From NCBI GenBank assembly GCA_040510135.1, contig JBEVJN010000039.1, positions 10,315 through 74,314 of the forward strand: a stretch of 64,000 nt of DNA, in the 5' to 3' direction. Positions 38,923-48,296 of this stretch are shown piece by piece. Each line of letters opens with the position of its first letter. Position 1 is the first letter of the stretch. Under the pieces are notes generated by a model that was given only the letters and a program-made list of their open reading frames with translations, did no database searches and had not been told where the DNA came from. Made by a program: the position numbers and the translations under genes. This DNA is from Acidimicrobiia bacterium. GTDB taxonomy: Bacteria; Actinomycetota; Acidimicrobiia; Spongiisociales; ZC4RG35.

Positions 38923-40211
38923 GGCGTGAATCGTACTTCTCCGATATCGGCGTAATAGGTTCCGTCAGGCTGCTGTGGAAAGTCGGTCATCCACAACAGC
39001 CAGTGCCCGCCCTCACGTCTCGGAAGCCGAAAAAGCGTGGTGCTCGACTCGGCGGTCGCAGTCAGAGCGCGCTCCCACCCTTCGATCTCATCAGGTGGCT
39101 CCTCGGCCCAGAAGAGGCTGAACTCCGTTCCGCTCGTGAGCCCCACGAGCTGCACGGCCGAAGGCGCTCCGCTCACCTGGAAGCGAAGCCCTACACCGGG
39201 CTTGACCAGCGACAACGGGTCCTGGTATCTCTCCGACCTCCAGGTGGTCGACGCGCTGCCGTCGAGCACGCTTGTGAGAGCCTCGTCGTTCTCGCCGCCT
39301 TCGCCGAATGGGTCGAAGGATCCGAAGTCGACGACGCTCACCGGCCCTAGCGTGACCGTTGTGCCGACACTGGTGCTGGTCGTGGTGGCTGGGTCGGCGC
39401 CCACGGTGGTCGTCGGGGAGATGGGAATGATCTGACCACCACCGACGAAAAGCCGTCCCAGTGCCACGAGACCCACAGCCAGCACCACCAGGCCCACGGC
39501 GACGTAGAGGAGGCGTCTAGACGTGGACAGTGGCTCGGGTTGCGCTGGTCGCAGGGTGGGGGAGGCGAGGAGCGCTTTCTCGAGGTCGGATGCGCTGAGA
39601 CGGCCGGACTGGGCCGAGCGCAAGACACGGTCGATGGCTCGGGGAACGCCATCGATGCTCTCCGAGGGAGGGGGGCCGCCCGGCGCCGACCCGGTGAGGG
39701 CAGTCTCGAGGGCGGCCGCCAGTGCCCGAACATCGCCGTCCTGATCGGTGCGTCGTTCTCGACCGAATCCTCCCAATTTGGCGGGATGGGCCACCGACCA
39801 AGAAATCGCCGATAGATCGATCTGGCCGTGAATTCCCCCTGACTCGTGCAGTGCGGCGAGGGCTCCGGCTAATCCCGATGCGTTGGGGAGGAACTCCTCG
39901 AGGCCGACCGTTTGATCCGCAGCCAACCGGTCGGCGGCCGACGCCCCGCCCGTCCACTCACACACTGCATATGCACCACCTGCGACGTCCTCGACCGCGA
40001 AGACCCGGGAAAGGTGGGGATGCCCCGTCTTGGCGGCCCCGCCGACACTTGCCACGAACCGGTCCCTCCGTTCCTGACTCGACTCCGGCCCAAGAGAGCG
40101 GATGAGAACCGGACGCTCTAGCGATGTATCGGTGGCAAGCCATTCTTCGATGTCGTTGTCCCGCCCGAGTCGCATTTCGAGGCGGTAACGATCAGAGACT
40201 GGGGGTGGCAT
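38919..40211 (-). CDS. Membrane-anchored pseudokinase with extracellular discoidin-like domain
   Basis: Kinase-like N-lobe (DRYRL...A.D..L.R.V, HPHL) lacking catalytic motifs; TM helix; FDPFG...EN...DG...T.WRSE.Y domain. Confidence 0.75.
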   Translation of the reverse strand: MPPPVSDRYRLEMRLGRDNDIEEWLATDTSLERPVLIRSLGPESSQERRDRFVASVGGAAKTGHPHLSRVFAVEDVAGGAYAVCEWTGGASAADRLAADQTVGLEEFLPNASGLAGALAALHESGGIHGQIDLSAISWSVAHPAKLGGFGRERRTDQDGDVRALAAALETALTGSAPGGPPPSESIDGVPRAIDRVLRSAQSGRLSASDLEKALLASPTLRPAQPEPLSTSRRLLYVAVGLVVLAVGLVALGRLFVGGGQIIPISPTTTVGADPATTTSTSVGTTVTLGPVSVVDFGSFDPFGEGGENDEALTSVLDGSASTTWRSERYQDPLSLVKPGVGLRFQVSGAPSAVQLVGLTSGTEFSLFWAEEPPDEIEGWERALTATAESSTTLFRLPRREGGHWLLWMTDFPQQPDGTYYADIGEVRFTP

Positions 40212-40214
40212 CTC

Positions 40215-40376
40215 TTATTGCCGGCCGACTTTGGCCGATTGGTTCCTGGACTTTGGGCCTGTCGCGTCGGGGGGACGACCCTCAGGGATCTTGGGTAGGC
40301 CTTCGACCTCGGCCAAACAGACGCCGGTCGGCCGGGGCTGCCGCTCCAAGGCGATGTCCGGTTTTGCCAGGCTCAT
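40215..40376 (-). CDS. Putative 53-aa Pro/basic-rich small protein
   Basis: SD AAAGGAG just before ATG 40376; fills the gap between GNAT and pseudokinase; stop 3 nt before the next ATG. Confidence 0.45.
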   Translation of the reverse strand: MSLAKPDIALERQPRPTGVCLAEVEGLPKIPEGRPPDATGPKSRNQSAKVGRQ

Positions 40377-40387
40377 GCGCTCCTTTG

Positions 40388-41113
40388 TCATGCGACATGC
40401 TCGTATCGCAGCAGATGAAGTTGCGTCTCTCTGTCCTGAAATCCTTCGCGCGCATACAGACGGCGGGCCCGGTCGTTTTCGGGGCGAACATTGAGCACCA
40501 GCGCCCGCGCCCCGCGTCTCGAGCCCCACATCGCGGCCGCCCGCACCAGCGAGCCACCGACTCCCTGGCCGGCGAACGATGGGACAACTGCGACCCGTTG
40601 CAGGAATGAGACGGTCATTTGTGATCCCACCAAGGCATATCCGGCGAGTTGATCGTCCACCCGGGCGACGAGGACTATGGCCCGTGGTGTGGCTCGCATC
40701 GCTTCGACAAGGCCCGCCTCGGTCATCCGCCAGAACCCGTCGAACGCGAGGTCGTCGATCGTCACCAGGGCCCCCCAATCAGGCGCTCTGGTCGGCTCGA
40801 TGACGTGGTCGGGCGAGCGGATCTCTGCCCCCAGTGGCAATTCCATCACATCGAGCAGACGGAACAATGTGAATCCGGCCGAAGTCCACACCTTGGTCGC
40901 CGATGGGTACAGCGCGGGGGAGTAGACGACGCCGGATCCCTTCGGCCCGAGCAGCTCGGCAACTGCCCTCAAGAACTCATGGGAGCCGCGTTCCAGGCGA
41001 AGGGCTGGATCGGGGAAGACATCGTTCCACGGCCGTGCCTGCGCCTTGGCCCAACCCTTGCGAATGGTCACCGGGCCGGGCCAGACCCCGTCGAGATGCA
41101 GGCGGTCGGGCAC
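40388..41113 (-). CDS. GNAT-family acetyltransferase (RimI-like C-domain)
   Basis: LQRVAVVP..AGQGVG..L and NV...N..A..LY...GF motifs; GTG 41113 with -10 TACTCT 7 nt upstream. Confidence 0.8.
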   Translation of the reverse strand: MPDRLHLDGVWPGPVTIRKGWAKAQARPWNDVFPDPALRLERGSHEFLRAVAELLGPKGSGVVYSPALYPSATKVWTSAGFTLFRLLDVMELPLGAEIRSPDHVIEPTRAPDWGALVTIDDLAFDGFWRMTEAGLVEAMRATPRAIVLVARVDDQLAGYALVGSQMTVSFLQRVAVVPSFAGQGVGGSLVRAAAMWGSRRGARALVLNVRPENDRARRLYAREGFQDRETQLHLLRYEHVA

Positions 41114-41130
41114 CTGTGGGAGAGTACGGC

Positions 41131-42135
41131 ATGGAAGTGGTGGTGGCCGCCAGCCCGATGGCAGCGCTGCATGACACCGGCCGAAGCCACCCGGAACGGC
41201 CCGAGCGATTGGGAGCAGTGTTCCGCGGCATCTCCGAGAGCGGGCTGAAGATGATCGAGATCGAAGCTCCACCGATCGAGCGCGCCGATCTCGCCCTGAT
41301 TCACGACCCGGCCTATGTCGACGCCATCGAGAGATTTTGTCGGCTCGGTGGCGGGGCCCTCGACATGGACACGTTTGTCTCGAGCGACAGTTGGGCCGCT
41401 GCCACGACCGCGGTCGGCGGCGTCAAGGCCGTTGTCGAGGAGTTGGAGGGGCGGGCGAACGCCACTGGTTTTGCCCTCTGCCGCCCTCCCGGCCATCACG
41501 CCCTCCGCTCACAAGCAATGGGTTTCTGTGTGTTCAACAACGTCGCTGTCGTGGCGGCCTGGCTCCGATCGCGGGATCAACGGGTGGCGATCCTCGACTG
41601 GGATGTCCACCACGGGAACGGGACCCAGGACTTGATGATCGACGACCCGGGCACTCTCTATGTCTCCATCCATCAGGGGGACTTCTACCCGTTCGCTGGT
41701 CATCCCGATGACATCGAGGCTGGGGCTGCCGGCACCACAGTCAACATCCCGCTTCCGGCCGGCACCGCCGGAGACGTGTTCCGTGTGGCATGGGAGAAAT
41801 TGGTCATCCCCGTCGTCTCCCAGTTCGGTCCGGATTGGGTTCTGGTCAGTGCCGGGTTCGACGGTCACACCGAGGACGCGCTGGCCGATCTCGATCTGCT
41901 CGATGCCGACTACGGGTGGATGGCTTCCCGATTGACCCGGGCCCACCCGGCCCATCGGACCGTGTTCGCTCTAGAAGGCGGATACGACCTCGACGGGCTC
42001 CGTCACTCGACCCGTTCCACGGTGCGGGGCATGGCGGGAGAGGAGCAGTTCGGCCCTCCTCTGTCATCGGCGCCCGGCGCCATTGCGTCCGTCGATATCG
42101 CCGGCGTCGCGGTGGGGCGGCATTGGAGTGTCTGA
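41131..42135 (+). CDS. Histone deacetylase family protein (AcuC/AphA-like)
   Basis: HPERPER, RPPGHHA, GFCVFNN, DWDVHHGNG, SAGFD and LEGGY motifs. Confidence 0.93.
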   Translation: MEVVVAASPMAALHDTGRSHPERPERLGAVFRGISESGLKMIEIEAPPIERADLALIHDPAYVDAIERFCRLGGGALDMDTFVSSDSWAAATTAVGGVKAVVEELEGRANATGFALCRPPGHHALRSQAMGFCVFNNVAVVAAWLRSRDQRVAILDWDVHHGNGTQDLMIDDPGTLYVSIHQGDFYPFAGHPDDIEAGAAGTTVNIPLPAGTAGDVFRVAWEKLVIPVVSQFGPDWVLVSAGFDGHTEDALADLDLLDADYGWMASRLTRAHPAHRTVFALEGGYDLDGLRHSTRSTVRGMAGEEQFGPPLSSAPGAIASVDIAGVAVGRHWSV

Positions 42136-42201
42136 GAAGTCTTTTCAGTTCCCCTGTGACCCGCGCCGATAACCACAACCTGGGTCAATTGGGAAAGGAA
42201 C

Positions 42202-43281
42202 ATGGAAGTCAACATCGAGGATCTTCTCCGCCGGGCTGTCTCTTTGGGGGCAACGGATCTACATCTCAAAGTCGGCTCTCCACCCGTGGCTCGGGTCGGA
42301 GGTGACCTGGCGAGACTAGAAGGCTTCGAGGCACTCAAACCCGCTGATACCCAGGCATATGCGGAGGCTCTCTTCACCCCTGGCGGCGCACGGGATTTCA
42401 AGGCCACCGGCACCGCCGATTTCGCCTTCGGTCGACAAGACATCGGGCGCTTCCGGGTAACCGCCTTCCGTCAGCGCGGCTCGGTGTCGGTGGTGCTGCG
42501 TCGTGTCTTTCCGGGGACGATGTCTTTCGCTGATCTCGGGCTGCCCCGGGTCGTGGAGAAGCTGGCGGCCGAATCGTCCGGGCTCCTCCTCGTCACCGGA
42601 GCCTCCGGTTCGGGCAAGACCTCCACGATGGCGTCGATCCTGGACTGGATCAACAGCCACCGGGCCGTCTCGATCCTCACCATCGAGGACCCGATCGAGG
42701 TGCTTCATCCCGACAAGCGAAGCGTCGTCGAACAACGCGAGGTCGGCGTAGACACCCCGAGCGCGGCCGACGCGGTTCGTAGTGCCATGCGTCACGACAA
42801 CGATGTCCTCATGATCTCCGAGATCGACGATGCCGAGACCGCCCGCGCCGCGATCGCAGCGGCAGAGACGGGGCACCTCGTGATCTCATCGATGCGGACG
42901 ACCGATCCCGCCGACACCATCGATCGTATCGTGTCACTTTTCCCCGAGCCGCAGCAACGCGTGGTCCGCGGTCAGTTGGCAGCACAACTCCTGGCCATCA
43001 TCAGCCAGCGCTTGCTCGAGAGCCACGACAAGGGCAAGTCATTGGCCTGTGAGGTTCTCACCAACAACGAGCGCGTCCAGGAGTGGATCATCGGTGGAGC
43101 GGAGGCCTCGACCCTGATCGACATCATGAAGGAGAGCGAGTTCTTCGGCATGCAGACGATGGACGCGGCACTGCTCCGTCTCGTGATCGAGAAATCGATC
43201 GAGCTCCCGGCGGCTGTTCCCTACGCCCGAAACGTCCACGAGCTGCGGGCCAAAGCCATGGCAGCCGGCATCCAGTTGTAG
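42202..43281 (+). CDS. PilT/PilU-family ATPase (divergent)
   Basis: TDLHL...PP..RV.G, GRFRV, GASGSGKT, TIEDPIE, QREVG, AETGHLV and GMQTMD motifs. Confidence 0.88.
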   Translation: MEVNIEDLLRRAVSLGATDLHLKVGSPPVARVGGDLARLEGFEALKPADTQAYAEALFTPGGARDFKATGTADFAFGRQDIGRFRVTAFRQRGSVSVVLRRVFPGTMSFADLGLPRVVEKLAAESSGLLLVTGASGSGKTSTMASILDWINSHRAVSILTIEDPIEVLHPDKRSVVEQREVGVDTPSAADAVRSAMRHDNDVLMISEIDDAETARAAIAAAETGHLVISSMRTTDPADTIDRIVSLFPEPQQRVVRGQLAAQLLAIISQRLLESHDKGKSLACEVLTNNERVQEWIIGGAEASTLIDIMKESEFFGMQTMDAALLRLVIEKSIELPAAVPYARNVHELRAKAMAAGIQL

Positions 43282-43339
43282 GCCCTGATAGCGCCAACCA
43301 GGTCGTTGCGGTCAGGGACGCACCGATAATCTCGCTTCG

Positions 43340-44752
43340 GTGATCCCGAAGCGGCTCGAATTCCTCGTCTCACCCGATCTTCCGCCGGCGCAGTTGCATC
43401 GTCTCTTCGGCGCTGCCGGCCATCAGCTGTTCCTGGTCGGCGGGTCGGTTCGTGATGCCTTCCTCGAACGCCCGCTGGAGGATTTCGACTTCGCCACCGA
43501 TGCCCGCCCCGAGCGGATCGCCGAGATCCTCGAATCCTGGGCGAACGTCGTCTACCGCGTTGGAGCCACCTTTGGCACGGTCGCGGCCCGCAAGGACGGG
43601 CACACCATCGAGGTCACTACCTTCAGAAACGAGATCTATCGCGACGACTCGCGCAAGCCCCAGGTGACGTTCTCCGACGACATCGAGACCGACCTCGCCC
43701 GGCGCGACTTCACCGTGAACTCCATCGCCCTGACTCTCATGGACATGGACCCAGTCGACCCCCACGGCGGATTGTCTGACCTCGCCGCCGGGGTGTTGAG
43801 GACGCCGCTCGATCCCGAAATCTCGTTCTCGGAGGATCCGCTGCGAATGCTTCGCCTGTTCCGGTTTGAGGGCACGCTTGGGTTCAAGGGTGAGGCCAAG
43901 ACGGTTAAGGCGGTTGCCGAGATGGGGGAGCGGCTCGATATCGTGTCGTCGGAACGGATTCGAGACGAGCTCTCGAAACTCGTTGTCGCGCCGGCCGCGG
44001 GGAAGGCACTCGACCGCGTCGTGGCCTCCGGGTTGGCCGATCACTTCCTGCCCGAGCTGCCCGCGTTGGGCATGGAGCAAGACCCTCACCAACGTCACAA
44101 GGACGTGCTGGCCCACACCCTCGCCGTCGTTGACAAGACACGACCCGAGCTCGTGCTCCGCCTTGCAGCCCTGTTCCACGACATTGGAAAGCCCGATACT
44201 CGCCAGTTCGGCAAGGACGGCGTCTCGTTTCATCATCACGAGGTGGTCGGGGCCCGTCTGACCAGGCGACGACTGAAGGCGCTCCGCTACCCCGGTGATG
44301 TCGTCGATGACGTGTCCCGGCTCGTCTTTCTCCACCTCCGCCCGCACACACTCAAGATGGGCTGGACCGATTCGGCGGTTCGCCGTTATGTGCGCGATGC
44401 CGGCGAGCTTCTCCCCTTTCTCAACGAGCTGGTCAGGTGTGATGTGACCACCGCCAATCCGCGTCGGGCCCGAGCGGTGCAGAACCGCATCGACGAGCTG
44501 GAGGAGCGGATCGTCGAATTGAGTGCGAAGGAGGAGATCGCACGGCTACGCGCCCCCATCGATGGCAATCAGGTGATGAAGTACCTCGGGATTGGGCCGG
44601 GGCCGGAAATCGGTGACATCATGGGGCTGATGCTGGAGCGAAGGATCGACGATGGCCCCTACGGTGTGGGGGAGGCATACGCCATGGTCAGGGACTGGGC
44701 CATCACCCAGGGCATCCCGGATCCCGGGCCAGCGCCCGACGAGGAGGAATGA
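43340..44752 (+). CDS. cca: CCA tRNA nucleotidyltransferase with HD domain
   Basis: [28 protein letters not shown] and HDIGK motifs. Confidence 0.93.
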   Translation: MIPKRLEFLVSPDLPPAQLHRLFGAAGHQLFLVGGSVRDAFLERPLEDFDFATDARPERIAEILESWANVVYRVGATFGTVAARKDGHTIEVTTFRNEIYRDDSRKPQVTFSDDIETDLARRDFTVNSIALTLMDMDPVDPHGGLSDLAAGVLRTPLDPEISFSEDPLRMLRLFRFEGTLGFKGEAKTVKAVAEMGERLDIVSSERIRDELSKLVVAPAAGKALDRVVASGLADHFLPELPALGMEQDPHQRHKDVLAHTLAVVDKTRPELVLRLAALFHDIGKPDTRQFGKDGVSFHHHEVVGARLTRRRLKALRYPGDVVDDVSRLVFLHLRPHTLKMGWTDSAVRRYVRDAGELLPFLNELVRCDVTTANPRRARAVQNRIDELEERIVELSAKEEIARLRAPIDGNQVMKYLGIGPGPEIGDIMGLMLERRIDDGPYGVGEAYAMVRDWAITQGIPDPGPAPDEEE

Positions 44753-45945
44753 CGTTGAAGGTCGTCCTCGCCTACTCCGGGGGCCTAGACACCTCGGTGA
44801 TCCTGGCCTGGCTCCGCGAGGAGAGAGACGCGGAGGTCATCGCCTACACCGCTGACGTCGGTCAAGGCGCTGAGGCGGTCGAGGCGAAAGAAAAAGCCCT
44901 CGCCACTGGGGCCGTGGAGGCCGTGGTCGAGAACCTGACCCAACGATTTGTCGAAGGCGCCGTCTTCCCCGCACTTCGCGCCGCCGCGGTCTACGAGGGC
45001 CACTATCTGCTCGGCACATCGCTGGCCCGGCCAATCATCACGGAGGGACTGGTCCGAACTGCCCGCGCCTTCGGCGCCGACGCCATCTCCCACGGTGCGA
45101 CGGGCAAGGGAAACGATCAGGTCCGCTTCGAGCTCTCGGTGGCGGCTTTGGCACCCGACCTCGCGGTCATCGCGCCGTGGCGGGAATGGGACCTCGACGG
45201 CCGCTCCGCTCTCATCGACTACGCGCGGCAACGCGGGATCCCGGTGCCGGTCACCCGGGAGGAGCCGTATTCCATGGACGCCAACCTCTTCCACATCTCC
45301 TACGAAGGTGGGATCCTCGAGGACCCTTGGGCAGCGCCACCGCCCAAGATGTTCCGGCTCACCGTCGACCCCACCGATGCCCCGGATACGCCGGAGGAGG
45401 TGGTCGTCGGGTTCGCTCAGGGCAGCCCGGTGTCCATCGATGGGCGCGAATTGGGCCCCGTCGAGCTGTTGACCGAGGCGAACGCCCTGGCCGGGCGGCA
45501 TGGCGTGGGAAGGGTTGACCTCGTCGAGAACCGATTCGTCGGTATCAAGAGTCGCGGGGTCTACGAGACCCCGGGGGGGACCATCCTCCACCTCGCTCAT
45601 CGCGCCGTCGAGTCGATCACTCTCGATCGCGAGGTTGTCCACATCCGGGACTCCCTAATTCCTCGGTACGCTCAGATCGTCTACAACGGCTTCTGGTTCA
45701 GCCCGGAGCGGACTGCACTGCAGCGCCTCATCGACGCCATCCAGGAGCCGGTCACCGGCGAGGTGCGCCTGGTGCTGTACAAGGGCGGCGCCACCGTGAC
45801 GGGGCGGCGCTCACCCAACAGCCTCTACGACCCAGGATCCGCCACCTTCGAAGCCGACGACGTCTATCGCCAGGCCGACGCCGAAGGCTTCATCTCTCTA
45901 AATGCCCTGCGGATCCGGGGCTTTGGGGGCGGGGAGGTGGAATGA
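44749..45945 (+). CDS. argG: Argininosuccinate synthase
   Basis: [18 protein letters not shown] and [10 protein letters not shown] motifs. Confidence 0.97.
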   Translation: MTLKVVLAYSGGLDTSVILAWLREERDAEVIAYTADVGQGAEAVEAKEKALATGAVEAVVENLTQRFVEGAVFPALRAAAVYEGHYLLGTSLARPIITEGLVRTARAFGADAISHGATGKGNDQVRFELSVAALAPDLAVIAPWREWDLDGRSALIDYARQRGIPVPVTREEPYSMDANLFHISYEGGILEDPWAAPPPKMFRLTVDPTDAPDTPEEVVVGFAQGSPVSIDGRELGPVELLTEANALAGRHGVGRVDLVENRFVGIKSRGVYETPGGTILHLAHRAVESITLDREVVHIRDSLIPRYAQIVYNGFWFSPERTALQRLIDAIQEPVTGEVRLVLYKGGATVTGRRSPNSLYDPGSATFEADDVYRQADAEGFISLNALRIRGFGGGEVE

Positions 45946-47300
45946 GCCTCTGGGGTGGCCGTTTCGAGTCGAGCCCGGGGGAGACATTGTGGGCCTACAC
46001 CACGGATCCCTCCGACCGACGACTGTTGGCCGACGACGTCGCCGGCTCCATGGCCCATGTCCGCATGCTCGGGGAGACCGGGATCCTCGCCGATGTCGAC
46101 GTGAAGACCCTTCTCGGTGGGCTGGAGACCATCCAGTCCGAGGCCGCCAGTGGGGCGTTCGAGTTCTCCGAGTCGGATGAGGACGTCCACTCGGCGGTGG
46201 AACGCAGGTTGTTCGAATTGGTGGGCGATCCCGCGGGGAGGCTGCACACCGCGCGTTCCCGTAACGACCAGGTCGCACTCGACATGCGTCTCTACACACG
46301 ACGGGCGGCCGGCGACCGAATCGACCAGCTCCACGACTTCGCGCTGACCCTGGCGGAGATCGCAGAGGGTCATGCCACGACGGTCGTCCCGTCCTACACC
46401 CATCTCCAACAGGCGCAACCGACCACGCTCGGGCACCATCTCCTCGCCTATGCCTGGATGTCGGTCCGGGATGCAATACGGTTCGCCGGCGCCCGCAGCC
46501 GCACCGATGTGTCACCACTAGGCGCCGGCGCGTCGGCGGGCACGTCCTTACCGATCGACCCGGAGTCGGCCGCCAGGGACATGGGAATGTCCGGCGTGTT
46601 CGAGAACTCTCTCGACGCTGTCGGCTCCCGGGATCATCTCGCCGAGTATGTGTTCTGCTGCGCCCAGGCCATGGTGAACCTATCCCGTCTCGCCGAGGAA
46701 GTCGTCCTCTGGTCCACGCTCGAGTTCGGCCGGGCGCGCCTCGGTGACAGTGTGAGCACCGGGTCGTCGGCCCTTCCCCACAAGCGAAACCCTGACATCG
46801 CCGAGCTGGTTCGGGGACGGGCCGCCCGGGTATCGGGGCTGCTGGCGGCCATGATGACCCTCCAGAAAGGTCTTCCTCTCGCCTACAACCGTGATCTCCA
46901 GGAGGACAAGCGGCTCGTCTTCGAGGCCGACGACACGTTGGCGGATTCCCTGGCCGCGATGGTCGAGTTGCTTCGCCAGACCGAGTTCCTCGCCGTTGCC
47001 CCAGGTGTGGAGACGGCCAGCCTCGACCTTGCCGAGGCCCTGGTGGCCCGAGGTATTCCCTTCCGGGAGGCACATGAGGCCGTGGGCAAGTTGGTCCTCG
47101 CTCTCGAAGGGCGGGGTCGCAATCTGTCGGAGGCGACCCCACAGGACCTCGTCTCGGCGCACCCGGACTTCGTGGAAGCGGATCTCGGTCTGATCGATCC
47201 GGCCACATCCGTGCAACGCCGCCTGAGCGCCGGCGGGGGGAGCCCTGAATCGGTTCACACCCAGGTCTCCGACCTGCGGAGGAGGATCACTCCTTCCTAA
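45942..47300 (+). CDS. argH: Argininosuccinate lyase
   Basis: [28 protein letters not shown] and YNRDLQEDK motifs. Confidence 0.96.
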   Translation: MSLWGGRFESSPGETLWAYTTDPSDRRLLADDVAGSMAHVRMLGETGILADVDVKTLLGGLETIQSEAASGAFEFSESDEDVHSAVERRLFELVGDPAGRLHTARSRNDQVALDMRLYTRRAAGDRIDQLHDFALTLAEIAEGHATTVVPSYTHLQQAQPTTLGHHLLAYAWMSVRDAIRFAGARSRTDVSPLGAGASAGTSLPIDPESAARDMGMSGVFENSLDAVGSRDHLAEYVFCCAQAMVNLSRLAEEVVLWSTLEFGRARLGDSVSTGSSALPHKRNPDIAELVRGRAARVSGLLAAMMTLQKGLPLAYNRDLQEDKRLVFEADDTLADSLAAMVELLRQTEFLAVAPGVETASLDLAEALVARGIPFREAHEAVGKLVLALEGRGRNLSEATPQDLVSAHPDFVEADLGLIDPATSVQRRLSAGGGSPESVHTQVSDLRRRITPS

Positions 47301-47301
47301 C

Positions 47302-48246
47302 GTGCTCCGGGTGATCCTCGTGGTGATCCCCGCGGCCGTTATCGCCGCGATCAGCCTCGCCTCTTTTGCTGGAGCGTGGGTCTGGTGGCTCGACGTGATG
47401 GCCAACTTCCGTGTTCAGTACGTGGTCGTCCTGGCTGTCCTGGGTCTGATCATTGCGGCCAGCCGCTGGCGGCGCACCGGGCTCGCCATTCTCGGGGTCG
47501 CACTCGTCAACTTGTTCTTCGTAGCCCCGCTTTTCGTCGGTTCGCCGGGTGATCCGGTGCCCGGTGCGCCAGGGATACGGGTGATGAGCTTCAACTTGCT
47601 CTCCACCAACCAGAGCTACAGCGAGGTCATCGAGTACATCGAGGCGACCGATCCCGACCTGGTCCTGCTCCATGAGGCGAGCCGGCCCTGGGAGGTGGCC
47701 ATGGAGTCTTCGGGGCTCGAATACGAGATCGTCCGAGGTCGATCCGAGAACCTGATTTTCGGGACTCTCGTGCTCGCTCGCGGCCAAGTCGAGGCTGTCT
47801 CCTATGGATTCGCCGAAGGCGATGGGCGAGCAATGTCGCTCGAGTATCAGCCCGAGGACTGGCCGGTGCCGGTGAACATTCTCTCTTCGCACCCACTGGC
47901 GCCGACTTCTGGGGAGCGGGCGGCGCTTCGCGACGCCCAACTCGCGTTTGCCGCCGGGTGGGCCGCCGAGCAGGAAGGCGCCTATGCCGTCGTGGGCGAT
48001 CTGAACGCCTCGCCCTGGTCCTCCCCATTTCGTGGGCTCCTCGCGGAGGGGGGTCTGCGCAATTCTCAGATCGGGTTTGGGGTGCAGCCTTCATTCTCGG
48101 CGATGACGATCCTTCCCTTCCGGGTCCCGATCGATCATCTGCTCCACAGCGACGACCTGCGCGTCCGCGATCGCCGGCTCGGCCCCGCCCTCGGCTCGGA
48201 CCATTTCCCTCTCGTGGTCGACCTGGAGCACGCACCGGATGCGTGA
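47302..48246 (+). CDS. Membrane-anchored endonuclease/exonuclease/phosphatase family protein
   Basis: Three N-terminal TM helices; SFNL, GDLN, IDH and SDH motifs. Confidence 0.88.
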   Translation: MLRVILVVIPAAVIAAISLASFAGAWVWWLDVMANFRVQYVVVLAVLGLIIAASRWRRTGLAILGVALVNLFFVAPLFVGSPGDPVPGAPGIRVMSFNLLSTNQSYSEVIEYIEATDPDLVLLHEASRPWEVAMESSGLEYEIVRGRSENLIFGTLVLARGQVEAVSYGFAEGDGRAMSLEYQPEDWPVPVNILSSHPLAPTSGERAALRDAQLAFAAGWAAEQEGAYAVVGDLNASPWSSPFRGLLAEGGLRNSQIGFGVQPSFSAMTILPFRVPIDHLLHSDDLRVRDRRLGPALGSDHFPLVVDLEHAPDA

Positions 48247-48296
48247 ACCGCAGAGTCTCAATCGACCTGGCGGGGACCAGCGGTAGCGTTCGCCGC

